This document shows positions 27,068 to 46,194 of a stretch of 64,000 nucleotides of DNA, piece by piece. The stretch covers positions 1,099,515 through 1,163,514 of the forward strand of contig JAWQFM010000018.1 of NCBI GenBank assembly GCA_033442325.1. Reading direction: 5' to 3'. Numbering within the stretch: the first letter of the stretch is position 1; every line of letters begins with the position of its first letter. A program made the translations under genes and the position numbers. The notes under the pieces were generated by a model. The model was not told the DNA's origin. It did no database searches and was given only the letters and a program-made list of their open reading frames with translations. The stretch comes from Salpingoeca rosetta (Eukaryota > Protista > Choanoflagellata).

Positions 27068-27186
27068 AGGGCGAAGAAGAGGAGAGGATGGAACGGAAAT
27101 TTGCGGCGGCAGTGAAGAGGAAGAAGAAGAAGAAGAAGAAAAAGGAGAGAAAACGCCACCGGAAACACAAGCGACGATCGCACTGA
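23838..27186 (+). CDS. CIR1: CIR1 (corepressor interacting with RBPJ), with Cir_N domain, zinc knuckle and Lys/Arg-rich tail
   Basis: MGDGFMNRK|[19 protein letters not shown] (Cir_N), [40 protein letters not shown], and a basic C-terminus ending RRSH*. Confidence 0.85.
26335..26532. repeat. (TTG)n tract with periodic TTTAAG interruptions, in a CIR1 intron
   Basis: Read directly; starts just after a splice donor. Confidence 0.9.
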
Positions 27187-27765
27187 TGCGCATCCACTCT
27201 TAATGGCTCCAATGCTCTCATAATCAATGTGTGTGCTTGTGTTTATGCGAAAAGCGCAAGTTTTCGCGTCATCACATCACCAGACTGTATTGCGAATGGC
27301 GGGCTGGCCCGTCACAACCTCCGTCCAATGTCGTGCTGTGCACGATGCTGTAGTGTCCCACACCGCCTCCCACCCTAACCATAGATCGCTCCTACTACCA
27401 TGCCTACCCCCACCCAACCCCACTCATCTTCGATGCTCTTATTTCGCACAGTTGTTACTGCTGCTGCTGCTGCTGCTGTTGTTGTTGTTGTCGTGTCTTC
27501 TTTGCATGTATGCTGGTCCATCAGCAACAACAATAACGGCAACCAAAACAAAGCCACACTCATCCAAAACGGAAAGGACTACAACAACAACAACAACAAC
27601 AACGACGTTTCTCGCTCGCGAAACAACACACTGCAAACACCAAGTTGGACAATAACACACGTTCATACACAACACGGAAGTCATGACACACGTACACAAG
27701 AGGTCAACGTGCACGCGTGCATGTGGATGAGATGGATGGCTTGCGGGGTGTTTGCTGGTGTGGGT

Positions 27766-28410
27766 TCAGGGCCGGTGGTGGAGGAAGACAAAGCTGAAGA
27801 GGAAGAGAGCGGCCATCATGCTGAAGGCGTTGGCGTAGTACGGATACGCTGTCGAGATGAACCGCTCGTATTGGGTGTGGCGCAGCGGGCGAACAGACAC
27901 CTGCAGACAGCGTAGGCACCGTAGACATGCGCACGGTTGAGTGGGTGGTTGAGTGGGTGGTGGTGTTTGATTGAAAGGGTGTTTGGAAGAATAAGAGCTC
28001 TGCAGGCCACGAGTAAAACCAACACACGGGAAACGGTTGCAGCAACCGCCACTGCCAAGGCACACACACACACGCACGCACGCACGCACGCACCACCATC
28101 ACCACCATTGTGACGGGGCCGCACCTGCTGGGTGTTGTAGATGTGGGTGTATCCGAGGCGGTTGTAGTCGACGCGGAACTGGAAGACGCCGTACACGTCG
28201 GGAAGCGTGAACGTCACCTGCTGCACGCCATCAACGTTCTGCGCGCACCAGGCACAGAGGGCAAGTTGGCGCGGGGAGGGGAGCGGCACAGAGTGTGCAC
28301 GGGTGACACGGTGTCAATAGACATCAATGAGGCTCTACAGACAGGCACACAAATCAGTCAGTCAGACAGGCAGACACACACACACATCCGTTCAGCAACC
28401 CTTTCCCTCC

Positions 28411-28459
<49 letters not shown>

Positions 28460-29583
28460 GCCGCCACCACCACACGCCAGGGCTTCACCTTGAGTGGGGT
28501 GCGGACAAACGGGTCGATGCGCACAAACTCCAGCTGGACGTCGTTGCCCGTGTACGGAACCCACTCGCCGTTCACCTTCTCCTCAATCGGCAGAAAGTAC
28601 TCCTGTGGTGGTGGTGGTGGTGGTGGTGGTGGTGGTGGTGGTGGAGGTGGTGGTGGCCGTGGCCGGGTATGAGATTAGAGCAATGGCAGTGATGCGAAGA
28701 AACAGACCAGGTTTTGTTGCAAGCGCACAGCAAGTGTGCACATGGCCAGTAGAGGTGTGCGCGCGGCACACGCTGTACACATGCCCGCCATGTTGCCACG
28801 CACCACTTCGTCTGTGATGGTGTACTCGTGGGAGGACTCGTTGTTGCCGACGAGGCGGTGCAGGGCCGGGCGCGTGCGCAGCTGCCCGCGCTCCTGGAAG
28901 CACCACAGCGCAAGCGCCTCAACAAACTACACACGCACACAGCACACGCACACACACATACGCACACACACACAGCACACGCAGGGCGCGAGAGAAGGGG
29001 GGGGGGGTTCGTGATGGTATGTGAGTGTGTGTGAGTACACAAGGTTGTGAGGGGAAGGGTGAAAGCATTCACAAAGCATCATTGTGTTAAATCCACATCA
29101 TCGTGAACTTGATATCATGATAACAAACACACACACACACACCTACACACACCTACACACATGCATACATACATACATACATACATACATACATACATAC
29201 ATACATACATACATACATACATACATACATACATACATACATACATACATACATACACACACGCATGCGCACCTGCTCGTTTGCGGCGTTGTCATGGAAG
29301 ATGAGCTCGTTGCTGAACATGTCGATGGAGCCCGTGAGGACAACGCGGGCGTTGTTGCGGGCCTGCATGGCGCCTGCGAGCACCACGTCGCCGCCGAGCG
29401 CCAACGGTTCATCTGCAGAGCGGCCGGCAGCAGCGGCACCCGTGTACGCCGTCGACGACGCGCGCAGCACAGACACGGCCAGCGGGTTGGCATCGTCGGC
29501 AATCATGCTGCACCGTACACATACACGTGTGTACATATATGTGTGTGTTTGTACGAGTGTGTGTGCGTGTGCGTGTGTGTATG

Positions 29584-29624
<41 letters not shown>

Positions 29625-30116
29625 TGTGGTGAGGGTTGGTGAGGCTTCAGGCGAGCGAGCGAAACGCAGGCAAGACGTGGAGCGCACACATGTCTCTTGA
29701 CAAACAACAACAATCAGAACAACTCACAAATGCAAACACGCACCAATCACACACACACACACACACACAACACGCACTACACGCACAGCATACGCCGCAA
29801 ATCACATGCGGGTGCAACCCACCCGACGCCGCGGAAGAGGACGGGCTTCTTGAGGGCGCCGCCAGTCATGACCTCGACGTCGACGACGTTGGTGCTCGCC
29901 ACGAGCGTGTGGTCGTCATCTGCATGGCTCACGTGGTCAATGACGGCATTGCCGGCCTCGTCAAACTCAAAGCCAACCTCGCTGGCAAAGTCGCGGAGTG
30001 GGGCGCCAATGTCCTCGGAGCCCGCGACGAGCACGTTGCCGCCATTGTCAACAAAGTCCACCATCTCCTCGGCAGAGACAGAACCACCAAACTCTACGCA
30101 GCGGTAAACAAGTTCA

Positions 30117-30194
<78 letters not shown>

Positions 30195-30946
30195 TGGGAG
30201 GTCGGGAACGCGAGTGGGAGAGTGGAGCGAGAGTGGAGCGAGAGGGAGACAGACATGTATGCATGATCAGGATCCCCGACACGACTGAGGCACAACCGCG
30301 AATGCACAACACAGAACAAGCACGGGAATGCGTGCAATGAAACACAACAAAAACACACAACAGTGGGGGCGATCGCTCGCTGGCTCACTCTCTTCCACAC
30401 GACATGACAACTTACGTTCCACAGAGGGTGAAAAGACAATCACGTTGTCAAAGAGACGCTCCCCATAACGGTGCAGGTTCAGGCTGGCGGAATCGGCTTG
30501 CACATACTTCAAGGACAACCCAGCATCTGCACGGACGAAAACGAAAAGACAATGTTTGCATGTGGTTGCGTGGGTAGGTGTGGGTGTGGGTGTAGGTGTG
30601 TGTGTGTGTGTGAAGGTGGCAGTATACTGCATGCTATTGCGTGCTGCTGGTCGCTCTGTCGTCTGCTGTTGCGGTCGCCGCGGTGATCCACCAACCAACC
30701 AACCAGCCAATCGAACAACAACCAGCCAATCGAACAACAACCAACAACCAACAAAACCAAACACCAAACCCGAGACTGCGTAACTCTTCGCGCGCGCGCA
30801 CCTGAGAGCCGAGAGAAGAAGTGGGAGTGTGTTTCCCGCGTGCTTGCAGAGTCCAACAGGACGAGCGTGCGCTGCGCAGAGGCCGAGAAGGCCATGCAGC
30901 CCAGCAGCAGCACTGACAACACCACAGCAACCCTCATCATCGTCAT
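27766..30946 (-). CDS. DDOST: Oligosaccharyltransferase 48-kDa subunit (OST48/DDOST/Wbp1)
   Basis: Signal peptide, [103 protein letters not shown] and a C-terminal TM. Confidence 0.95.
29163..29255. repeat. (ACAT)n microsatellite in an OST48 intron
   Basis: Read directly. Confidence 0.9.
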
Positions 30947-31140
30947 CGCTGTCGCTCCTTTTCGTCTGTATCGGCGCTGGTTCAGTGGTCAAAGGAAAAG
31001 TGTTTAAAGCTGTACATAATTTTCAGCGCGAGGCACCAACAAGCGAGCGAGCGAGCAAGAACGACGCAGAAGGCACAAGACACCGCAGGCAGCAGGCAGC
31101 AGGCAGCAGGCAGCACACATTCGGCGACAGAGAGGAGGAG

Positions 31141-31912
31141 ATGGTGGTTGCGATGAGGTTGCAGCGGTTTGGGAGCAGGCACTCTCCCTTCTACCGCATT
31201 GTGGTGGCCAACAGACGCGCCCCGCGCGATGGCAAATTCATCGAGCGGGTGTGTGCATGTGTGTGTGTGCATGTGTGTGTGTGCATGTGTGTGTGTGCAT
31301 GTGTGTGTGTGTGTGTATGTGTGTGTGCATGTGTGTGTGCATGTGTGTGTGCATGTGTGTGTACGTTACGTGTGCGGTATCCCGCTTGGATTTTCACGTT
31401 TTCCCGCTAGCCTTCTTGCTCATTTCCATCAAGGTCGGCTCACACATGAATGTGTGAATGTGTATGTGTACGTGCGTGTGTATGTGGGTGTTCATCCTGG
31501 TGCTGTTTGTGTTTTCCACGCGCTTTACAGGTTGGAACATACAACCCTTTCCCGCGCAATGACATGACGAAAGTGTGCTCCATGAACTTTGACCGCATCA
31601 AGTAAGCCAACCTGTGCGCGCGTGTGTGTGTGTGTCTGTGTGTGTCTGTGTGTCTGTGTGTGTGTGTGTGCACGTGTCCTGGTCGTTCATTCATCCATGT
31701 GCATGTGGTTGTGTTGGGTGTGTGATTCTGTTGCGGTCCATTTGCATGCGCAGCTCTTGTTTTCTGTTGTACGCGATGTCCACACAGCACAATCAACCAT
31801 GTTGCTGATCTATTCGCGTTCGTTGTGTTGCTTTGTCCGTACAGATATTGGCTCTCTGTTGGCGCGCAACCGTCGGATCGCGTGTCGTACCTTCTTGGCT
31901 TGGTGCGTATCC

Positions 31913-31952
<40 letters not shown>

Positions 31953-32265
31953 ATGTGTCTGTCTGTGTCTGTGTCTGTATGTGTCTGTGTGCGGGTGTGT
32001 GTCTGTATGTATATGTTGTGTGTATTGTTGGAGAGAACGTGAAATTGGTGCTTATGAACAATAGAACGTGGTTTCTCCAGCCCACAACATCGTGTGGCCC
32101 TGCTCTTGGTACTACTTACCCGCTGTGGGCATACTCATCCTCTCAAACATACACGCACACACACACACACATGCACAGGCCGGTATTCTGCCACCACATC
32201 CTAACCGACACTTGCTGAAGGGAACGCCGCCAGCGAGCAGTGAAGAAACGCAATCAGAGGAGTAG
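31141..32265 (+). CDS. MRPS16: Mitochondrial ribosomal protein S16 (bS16m)
   Basis: Four exons: [36 protein letters not shown]|VGTYNPFP...NFDRIK|[19 protein letters not shown]|AGILPPHP...*. Confidence 0.93.
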
Positions 32266-32276
32266 ACTTCGCAGTG

Positions 32277-32314
<38 letters not shown>

Positions 32315-32410
32315 CTGTCTGTCTGTCTGTCTGTCTGTCTGTCTGCTAATGTGTGTGTGTGTGTGTGTGCGTGCGCGCGCGCGCGTGTGTGTCTGTCTGT
32401 CTGTCTGTTA

Positions 32411-32494
<84 letters not shown>

Positions 32495-32782
32495 GTGTGT
32501 GTGCGTGTGTGTGTGTGCGTGTGTGTGTGTGCGTGTGTGTGTGTGCCTGCGTCTGGGGCGGCGATGGCCTGCCTGAGTCGATGTTGGGTTGTGTGCATAG
32601 TGATGATTGGCCATGTAGGAATGCGTTTCTAATCAGCAAGCAAGGAGGAGGCGGAGGGGTACGTTGGGTTTGTTGGTGCACCATGGTGTGGCTTGGGTGC
32701 AGCGACCGGGCCGGAGTAAACGCGTCCATGAGACAAGATGAAGAAGCAGAACGAAGAAGCAGGGATGAAGTGGCATGGACAC

Positions 32783-32839
<57 letters not shown>

Positions 32840-32940
32840 ACACACACACACACTCACACATTCTTCACAAACCCAAACAAACAAAACCAACAACACGGCA
32901 ATCCACTGCCAAAGAAGGAAGGAAGACAACAAGAAGCAAG

Positions 32941-34112
32941 ATGGCTGACGACACGCTGGAGCAAGTGCAGCTTGTCCTGCGACAGGTGAGCAAGCGAGCG
33001 AGCATGCGTACATGTACACCTCTGCGTTGTTCGTTTGATGATGGAGGAGGAGGAGGAGGAGGCGATGATGCGTGTTGGCTCACACGGTATTGTGTTGCTG
33101 TGATCATTTATCTGCCTTGGTGCATGCATTTGTGTGTGTATGTGTGTCTGTGTCTGTGTCTGTGTGTTTGTGTCTGTGTGTGTCTGTGTCTGTGTGTCTG
33201 TGTCTGTGTCTGTGTGTCTGTGTGTGTCTGTGTGTCTGTGTGTCTGTGTGTGCGTGTGTGTGGCAGTGCTTTGTGTATCGGCTGCCGCCTCGACCTTCAA
33301 CCAAGGGCTACAGGGCAGCAGACTGGGGGCTCGACAAGCCCATGTGGACTGGCCGCGTCAAGGTGTGTGTGTATGTGTGTGCGTTTGTCAGCGTTGTTTG
33401 TGGCTTTGTTTGTGACCTTGTTTGTCCCTTGTCCTGGTGTCAATCTGTCTGCCTGTGTCTGTGTCTCTTTGTGGTGTGTGCACACATGGTTGTCTCTCTT
33501 CTCCAAGGTATGACGGATAACCAATGATGACACTTAGGTTACCACAAAGGGAAAGCTGTGCACAATCACCCTCCAAGACAATGCCACGGGCAAGCTCTTT
33601 GCAGAGGTCAGTGAGCGCTCCCTCGTCGCACACCCACAAACACGCCCACAACAGTACACGCACTTGCACACGTGAGCACTTGCACCAGGCTCCTCTCCAG
33701 TGTGTACTTGACTCACCTGTGTCTGTTCTGATCATGGCATGCGCACAGGCGCCCATTCGCGGCGACGAGGTGGCCAAGGTTGTGGAGCCTGTCGTCGATA
33801 GCAGCAGGTCTGTCTGTCTGTCTGTCTGTCTGTCTGAGTGAGTGTGGATGTCTGTGAACGATGTGGTGGTCTCCATCATTTCACCCCATTCCCACACCCA
33901 CGTACCGCAGATACTTTGTGGTGCGCGTTGAGAACCAGGGCCGCCACGCGTTCCTCGGTATGGGCTTTCAGGAGCGCTCGGAGGCATTCGACTTCAACGT
34001 TGCCCTGCAGGACTTTGTCAAGTGCGTCCCGCCGTCTGGTTGTTCTTATTGCTTTGTGTGTATCTGTGTGTGTGTGTGTGTCTGTGTGTCTGTCTGTCTG
34101 TGTGTGTGTGTG

Positions 34113-34149
<37 letters not shown>

Positions 34150-34379
34150 GACTGTCTGTGTCTGTCTCTCTCTCTCTCTCTGTCTATCTGTCAGTCTGTA
34201 TGCGCCCACAACCCTTTCACGCACACACACGCACACACATGTGATGCACGCCATTGCACCTCCTGCTGTTGCCCTGTAGGTCGCTGCGAAAGGAGAAGGA
34301 GAGCACTGAGCCGTATGTCTCCAAAAACGACTTTTCGCTCAAGGATGGCCAGACCATGAAGATTGCAATCAAGGTGTGG

Positions 34380-34477
<98 letters not shown>

Positions 34478-34780
34478 CGCTTTGTTGCAAGTCGCTGTTG
34501 TTTCATTGCACATGTACACAAGGCCCTCCCTCCTCCTCCTCAACGCCCCACGATGACGTGTGTACAGACGAAGAAGAACAAGGATGCCGAGGAGGACGAC
34601 GATGACACACACGCAACAGCAACAGCGGCGAAGAAAGCGGCGCCCATGGGTTTGTTTTGTTGCCAGCCCTCCCGATGGTCCTTGTGTCCATATATGCTGC
34701 TGCTGCTGCCCGTGACGCTGTCCCTCTCCCTCTCTGTGCGGTGCAACGTTTGACACACTTGTCGTTTCTTTGTCCACCCA

Positions 34781-34820
<40 letters not shown>

Positions 34821-35304
34821 CGCGAACTCACTCACACACGATGCACGCGCGTACGGCTGCAGTGTCGCTCGGTTCGATTGCAACGGCGTTGGAAGGAACA
34901 ACGGCGCACGCAGCGCCATCGCCCTTTGCCGCTGCACCGCCCACCACATCATCGTCATCCCCAGCTCCATCATCATCATCGTCATCAACAACATCGCAGT
35001 CCAAGAATCCCTTCGCTGCCACCACTACCGCTGCCACGACAGAGAGCGAGGACCCATGGGGCGCATTCCAGTCGTCGTCGTCGTCGTCCACAGGGTGAGC
35101 TGCGGCATTGGCGTGCTGCTGTGTATGTGCGGCGGTGTCTTGTGTGGTGTCTTGTGTTGCACGCTTGCACTGCATGTGTGCCGCTGTTGTCGCCTCATGA
35201 TGTCATTGCTCACCGCCATCACTGCTACTGCCACGGCTGCCCATCGCCAACGCCGCGTTGACTTCCATTCCAGGAAATCCTCCGATGACTGGGTCGCCTT
35301 TTAA
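32941..35304 (+). CDS. NECAP: NECAP (adaptin ear-binding coat-associated protein)
   Basis: PHear domain ([65 protein letters not shown]), [10 protein letters not shown], and C-terminal WxxF motif DDWVAF*. Confidence 0.93.
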
Positions 35305-35512
35305 CACACACACACACATGTGCGCTGCTGTGCCGTTACACTCTCGCAAGCCACAGCTCTTGATCCTTGGTTTCGTGTATGGTTGAAATGAACAAAACAA
35401 CAGCACATCGCCCACCTCAACATCCACAAACAACAAAGCAGCAATTACGAAGACCGTGTGTGTATGTGTGTTGTGTGTGTGTTGTGTGTGTGTGTTGTGT
35501 GCATGCGTGCGG

Positions 35513-35999
35513 TTATGAGAATGAGCTGAAGCCCATTGCCGCCGCCAGCGCGGGGTCAATGCCCTCTGCAAGCGGACAACAGCAGTCAAGCAACACGCAA
35601 CGGTGAGGGCATGACAAAGACATGCATGCGTTCCACTACGTGCGAGCGTACATACGTATCCTTCACACAACACACCACACACATGTCAAACAGCAACACA
35701 CACCACAGTACACACACACCTTGCTCAACATCCTCTTCATCGTGTGTATCCTTGACCCTACTCCTGCTGCTGCTGCTGCTGCTGCTGGTGGTGGTGGTGG
35801 TGCTGGTGTGTTCCTTGAGGCGTTCCTGCACGCGTTTCCGCCGCTCTTCCAACTCCCGGTCGCGCTGCTCCTTCTTCTTGCGTTTCGCCTCCTCCCGCTT
35901 CGCCTTCTTGCGCTTGTCGTCCTCCTCCACCATGCGCGCCTCCTCCGCGTCCAGGCTGTACTCCACCGTCGCGCCCCGCTTCGCGCGCTCCTGTCCACG

Positions 36000-36042
<43 letters not shown>

Positions 36043-36122
36043 GTGTGCGTGCGAGTGTGTGTGTGTGCGTGTGTGTGCGTGCGAGTGTGTGTGTGTGCGT
36101 GTGTGTGCGTGTGTGTGCGTGC

Positions 36123-36158
<36 letters not shown>

Positions 36159-36398
36159 ACGTATGGGGCTGTGAGAGGGCATCTTCGCGCATGGAAAGGC
36201 GTGAAAGAGCAGTGTGTTGTCTCGCAGGTTGGCAACAAACACACACACACACACAGTCGCATGTAAGGTGCGTACTTTACGTCTCTTGAGTTCCTGCAGC
36301 TTCTGCTGGACGTCGCTGACAGAGGAGCGGTCGACGCGCATGGACATGCCGAGGTTCCGTTGGTCTGCGCACATGAGGAGGGGCAGTACACACAGAGA

Positions 36399-36439
<41 letters not shown>

Positions 36440-37410
36440 GAAGAGACAGAGACAGACAGACAGACAGACACACACACACAGACAGACAGACACACACACA
36501 CAGAGAAGCACGTGTGAGCACAACTGGAGCCAAAATGTGGGCGTGTAACGTGCTCCAGCGATGACACGCGCGCAAAGCCAGAGAGACTATGCTTAACCCG
36601 CCCCCAAACACTACCATAACACACATGCCACGCCCGTGCACGCGTGCATGCGTGCATGAAACTGAGGTACACGAGCGAGTGACGCACGTTTCTTTCCGTT
36701 GATGTGGTCAAGGAAGCTGACGGAATCCTTGAGGACGCAGTCGCAAACATCGCAGTAGTATCCACTGTTGACCGAGCGCTGGCTGTCGATGATACGGGTT
36801 TTGCCCACGCGAGACTCCAAATCAACCTGCAAAAGCAGAAAGAGGAAGCAACACGCAAATCAGTGTCCACTGTGAGCCGACGCCACTCTGCTCGTCGCTC
36901 TGTCTCTAACTCTGTCAAGCGATGCAGAAACGCACATTTAAAAGAGAAGATACGGAAAGCTGACCGCGCATGTCACACGGACATATACGCATACACGTAC
37001 ACGCGCATACACACACGCACACACCTTGAAGTCGCGAGCCTTCAAGTTTGGTCGCTGTACGGGTTTTGGTTTGCCTGCGCAACCAACAGCGCGTGCGAGT
37101 ACGCGAGATGAGAGGATGAGCAACGAGAGCATCAGGCTAATACAAGTAGCAGCGCATACACGCAAGCGATGACAACACCTCCACTCACCCCTTCCTTTTC
37201 ACCACATCACCATGTACCATCCTCGTCATCATCATCATCATCATCAACAGCATCGGCAGCAATGCCGGTCACAAACTGACGTTTGATGCCTTTCGCCTCT
37301 TCTTCCTCGCGTTCCAGCCGCTCCTTTGCGCGCTTTGCATATGCCTCCACATCAAAGGTTCGGCGGTTCGTCGCATCAACGAACCCGACCGCATCATGCT
37401 GGTCGGCCAT
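35513..37410 (-). CDS. ZMAT2: ZMAT2/Snu23 matrin-type zinc finger spliceosomal protein
   Basis: [60 protein letters not shown], and C-terminal [10 protein letters not shown]. Confidence 0.92.
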
Positions 37411-37444
37411 CGTCTGCGTGTGTGTGTGTGTGTGTGTGTGTGTT

Positions 37445-37482
<38 letters not shown>

Positions 37483-37499
37483 GGTGTGTGTGTGTGTTG

Positions 37500-37531
<32 letters not shown>

Positions 37532-37737
37532 GTGTGTGTGTGTGTTGGCGTGTGTGGGTGTGTGTGTGTGGGTGTGTTGGTTGGTGTGTGTGTGGTGTGC
37601 GGTTGTTGTCGTTCGCTCTCTTCGTAAGCGACAGGTAAAAATGCAGTGATATGACTCTAACTTCCACACGTTGCGCGCACCCCACGTTGCTCATTTCACC
37701 ACACATCAACAAGCACACCACCAACAGCAGCACAATC

Positions 37738-42224
<4,487 letters not shown>

Positions 42225-42410
42225 CATCGCTGTGCCCATCCATCACCCGCAGCGCAATCGCACACGATCAACCACATGGTGTATTTGTTGATGCACTCTC
42301 TTTGTATGCAGGCTCTTCGTTGTGCGAACGTTTAGTGAGAAGATGACAAATACAAACAGGCGAGCGAGCGAAGGGCAGAAAGGCAGGCCACTTGCTTGCA
42401 AGCAACGAAC

Positions 42411-42491
<81 letters not shown>

Positions 42492-42825
42492 AAAGCAACA
42501 AACGACTATGGCACAAGCAACAAATCTAAGACACCCTCAACGAAGAAAGCTTGGAGAGGGGGGAGAGTGGGTGTCACCGCATCAACTTACGAACCCTCAT
42601 CTCTTCATGATCTACAATCAACAGCATGAAACACCACAGACAAAACAAAACCTGGTGGGTAACACCAAACGCACACACGCACACACGCACACACGCACAC
42701 GCACACACGCACACACGCACACCACACACACTCTCTCTCTCCTCCTACTTTCCCTTCTCTTCTCCTTTCCTTTCTCTCTTCTCTCCACTCCACTCCTCTT
42801 CTCGCTGATGTAAGTGTTGTTCTTC

Positions 42826-45800
42826 TCAGCAGCTGCTGTCGGCCCATGAAAACGTCTTGACGCGAGCGCAAAGGCGGGTTGCGTCATGGATGGCGGAGAT
42901 GACGGAATGGTCGTCAGGTGCAAAGCGGATGCTGCTTCCACTCTCCTTGTTGTGCAGGATGTACGTCTCTGGGCCGTGCTCCGTCTCCCTGTGCAGCGAG
43001 GAGGTGAAGAGGTCGAATGCCTTGCGGATGTGGTAGCGCCGCGAGGACCGCGCCTGCGACGCGACCAGCACCATGTCGTTGAAGATGAGCAAGGTGATGA
43101 CGCGCTTCACCGCCGCCCCCTTCTTGGCACTGTCCTTCTTGCTGCGGTACAGCTCGCTCGCGTCCGCCGTCCGCACAAACTGGCGCGTCTCCGTGACGAT
43201 GCTTGCAGGCACGTGGCCCGTGAGCCGTTGTTCCAGGTCCTCCACCTTGTTGGTGTGGTCGACGCAGCACTGGAACTCCTCGGCCTGGATGCGCGAGTAG
43301 ATGCCCTCCAGCACATCGCGTGGGACGTCCCCGCCGTCGTCAATCCCGCGGTTGTTGCGCACAAACTCGTTGAGCGTCATCTTGCGCACGTTGCTCGGGT
43401 TGTGCAGGTCCGTGTGCAGCATCATGATGGAGAAGGCCAGGATGAAGGCCGTGTCCTCGTGGCAGAAGCACGTCGGGTTGCACGAGTGGTAGCGGTGCGC
43501 AAACGCCGCCATCACCCGCTCAATCTTCTGCGCCTCGCCCGGGATGCGGAAGGCGAGCAGGAACAGGCGCAGGCACACGTCAATCGCCGCGTTGGTGAAA
43601 TCAAACGTGTTGGCATATGCCTGCAGGCATGCCTTGCTGCGGTCCTCGTCAGACCCGAGGAATTCGCCCAGCTTGGCGCGGCTGATGCCCGGCTCCTGGC
43701 ACAAGAAGGACATGATCTCTGCAGCAGGCGGATGTGAAAAAAAAAAAAAAAAAGCACATGTGGCGTGAATGGCGCATTGACGTGAGACAACGACAAATCA
43801 GGCAGCCATACATACACAAGAAACAAGACCGTCGCGACACAACGAACAATAGCCAGGTAGGAATTCATGAAGCACAGCAACACAAGACTCACCCTGTGGG
43901 TCGTCGACAACGAGGCCGCACATCATGAGGTCGTGGATGCCTTTGCTCGGGTTCTTGTTGAAGCGGTACATCGCCAGCCGCGCCAGCTCAAGCTCCGTCT
44001 GCACCCCGCCATGGTCGCGCAGGAAGCGTAAAGGAACACGAGGGATCACAAGATAGAAGCGGCAGCGTGAGCACGCACACACACACACACATGAACAAAC
44101 ACACACACACACACACACACACAAAACAAACCAAAGAAGCAAACAACCAAGCAAACAAAACCATCCAACCACATGCAGACAGAGAAGAGAGTACACGCCA
44201 CACAAAGCACCGACAACGCACCGCCTCTGCATCCGCCGACACCGGTTCGCTGACGGCCGAAAGCGACTTGATCGTCGCCGTCTTGGACGACGTCCCTGCT
44301 GCCGTGTCCGCGTCCACGTCCACGGCGGTGGTGGCGGACGCAGCATGCTCATCCGCGCCACCAATGTGGAAGTACTCCTGGTCAGCCATGCTGCCGTTCC
44401 CTGCCGTTGGCGCCGCTGTGGTCGTGCTCGCGTCCTCTGCCGGGGGCGAGAAGCTAATCTCAACAGACTTGCGCGCCGCCTTGTTCGCGCCGCTTGCACC
44501 GCTACCCCTTGCCCCTGCCGCTGTCGCTGTCTTTGTTGTCTTTGTTGTCTTTGTTGTCGTTGTCGCGGACGGCTTGGCTTCATCTGCCTGCATCTGCTGC
44601 TGCTTCTGCTTCTTCGCTGCGGCGACGGCTGCGTCCTCGTCGGCCTCCTCGTGCCGCTCCTCCTGCCGTGGCAGCCGCCGCATCATCGCCGCCGTCAGCC
44701 GCCGCCCCCCATACGACGGCCGTCGCGCCATGCTCGCTGTCCGCCGCACGCCACCGGTCGACAGCCCTGCACCCATGGACGACACAGAGGGGTGCCCCAC
44801 GCTGCGCAGGTGCGGCGATGCTGCCGTGCTGCCGCTGTTGCTGCCGCCAACGGCCTCCTCCCACAGCTCCCTGCTTGCCAGCGACGTGGTTGGCAGCCGC
44901 GGGCGGGCGTGGATGTCGCCGTGTCGAGGGTGCACCTTTGCGTTGAGCCGCTGCCTGTCCAGCGTGCGCCGCCGTCCGCGCTCGTTTGCCGTCGCCTTGA
45001 CCTTGGTGAAGTGCCTGTTGACGACGCACCCGCGGTACCAGCGCTGAATCACCGCCGCCGCCACATCTCGCCGCCGGAGCTCCTCGTCACGCCCGCTGCC
45101 ACCGGCCAACGTGCTGGCGGTGGCGCTGCTGCTGGTGATGGTGGTGGTGGTGCTGTTAGCGGTGGTGGTGTCGTTGTCGTCGTCGTCTTCGGAGTCAAAG
45201 CCCCACTGCTCATCATCGTCACCGCTTGTGCTGTAGAGGGACGGGTCCTTCACAAACGCATCAAACGGCAGCAGCGACTCCAGGCCCACGCCGTGCTGCA
45301 GCAGCACTGTGCGCAGATACGCGGAGAAGCGGTGCAGGCACGAGTTCTCCTCCTCCGTGCGCTGCACCTGTCCTTCCAGCTCGTACACCTGGTCGTTGAG
45401 CGTGGCGTTGCGCACAGCGAGCTGCTTGCACAGCACAGCCAGGTCGCCGTGCTTCTTCTTCCGCAGCACAACCGTTTTCAGCCGCGTGTCGTGGCTCCCG
45501 CCCTCATCGTCGCCCTGTGCATGCAGTGGCATAGACGTCGTGCGCGCATGTGTTTGTGTTCGTGTGCGTGTGCGTGTGTGTGTGTGTGTGCATGCGTGTG
45601 TGTGTGTGCACGTTGGCTTGCCATGAGAATCGCGGCAATGTCACCGCACTCACAGCAACAACAAACCAACAAAGTGCATGGCGGCAGCAGGGGCACACAC
45701 ATCATCTGAAAACTCGGAGAGTTGGGACGTGGAGAGCTGACTAGCACGCCGGTTCTTCTCCGCAACAACGTCAGTGTGCTGTGGGGAAGAGAGTGTGTGC

Positions 45801-46102
45801 ATGTGTGTGTGTGTGAAAGGGTGTGTGTGAGAGTGTGTGCATGTGTGTGTGAAAGGGTGTGTGTGAGAGAGTGTGTGCATGTGTGTGTGAAAGGGTGTGT
45901 GTGTGAGAGTGTGTGCATGTGTGTGTGTGAAAGGGTGTGTGTGTGTGTGTGTGTGTGTGAGTGTGTGACAGGGTGTGAGAGAGAGTGTGTGTGTGTGTAT
46001 GTTAGGGTTGTCGCCATAAGCAATAAAGTGAAAAAGCCAGCGTGGCATAAAAGGAGCAGGTGAAGCCAACACATCAGTGCCCTAATACACGTGACCTGTG
46101 TC

Positions 46103-46194
<92 letters not shown>

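Noticed and set aside
44067-45709. 326-aa and 454-aa plus-strand ORFs
   Set aside because: Antisense to the large ARF-GEF exon.
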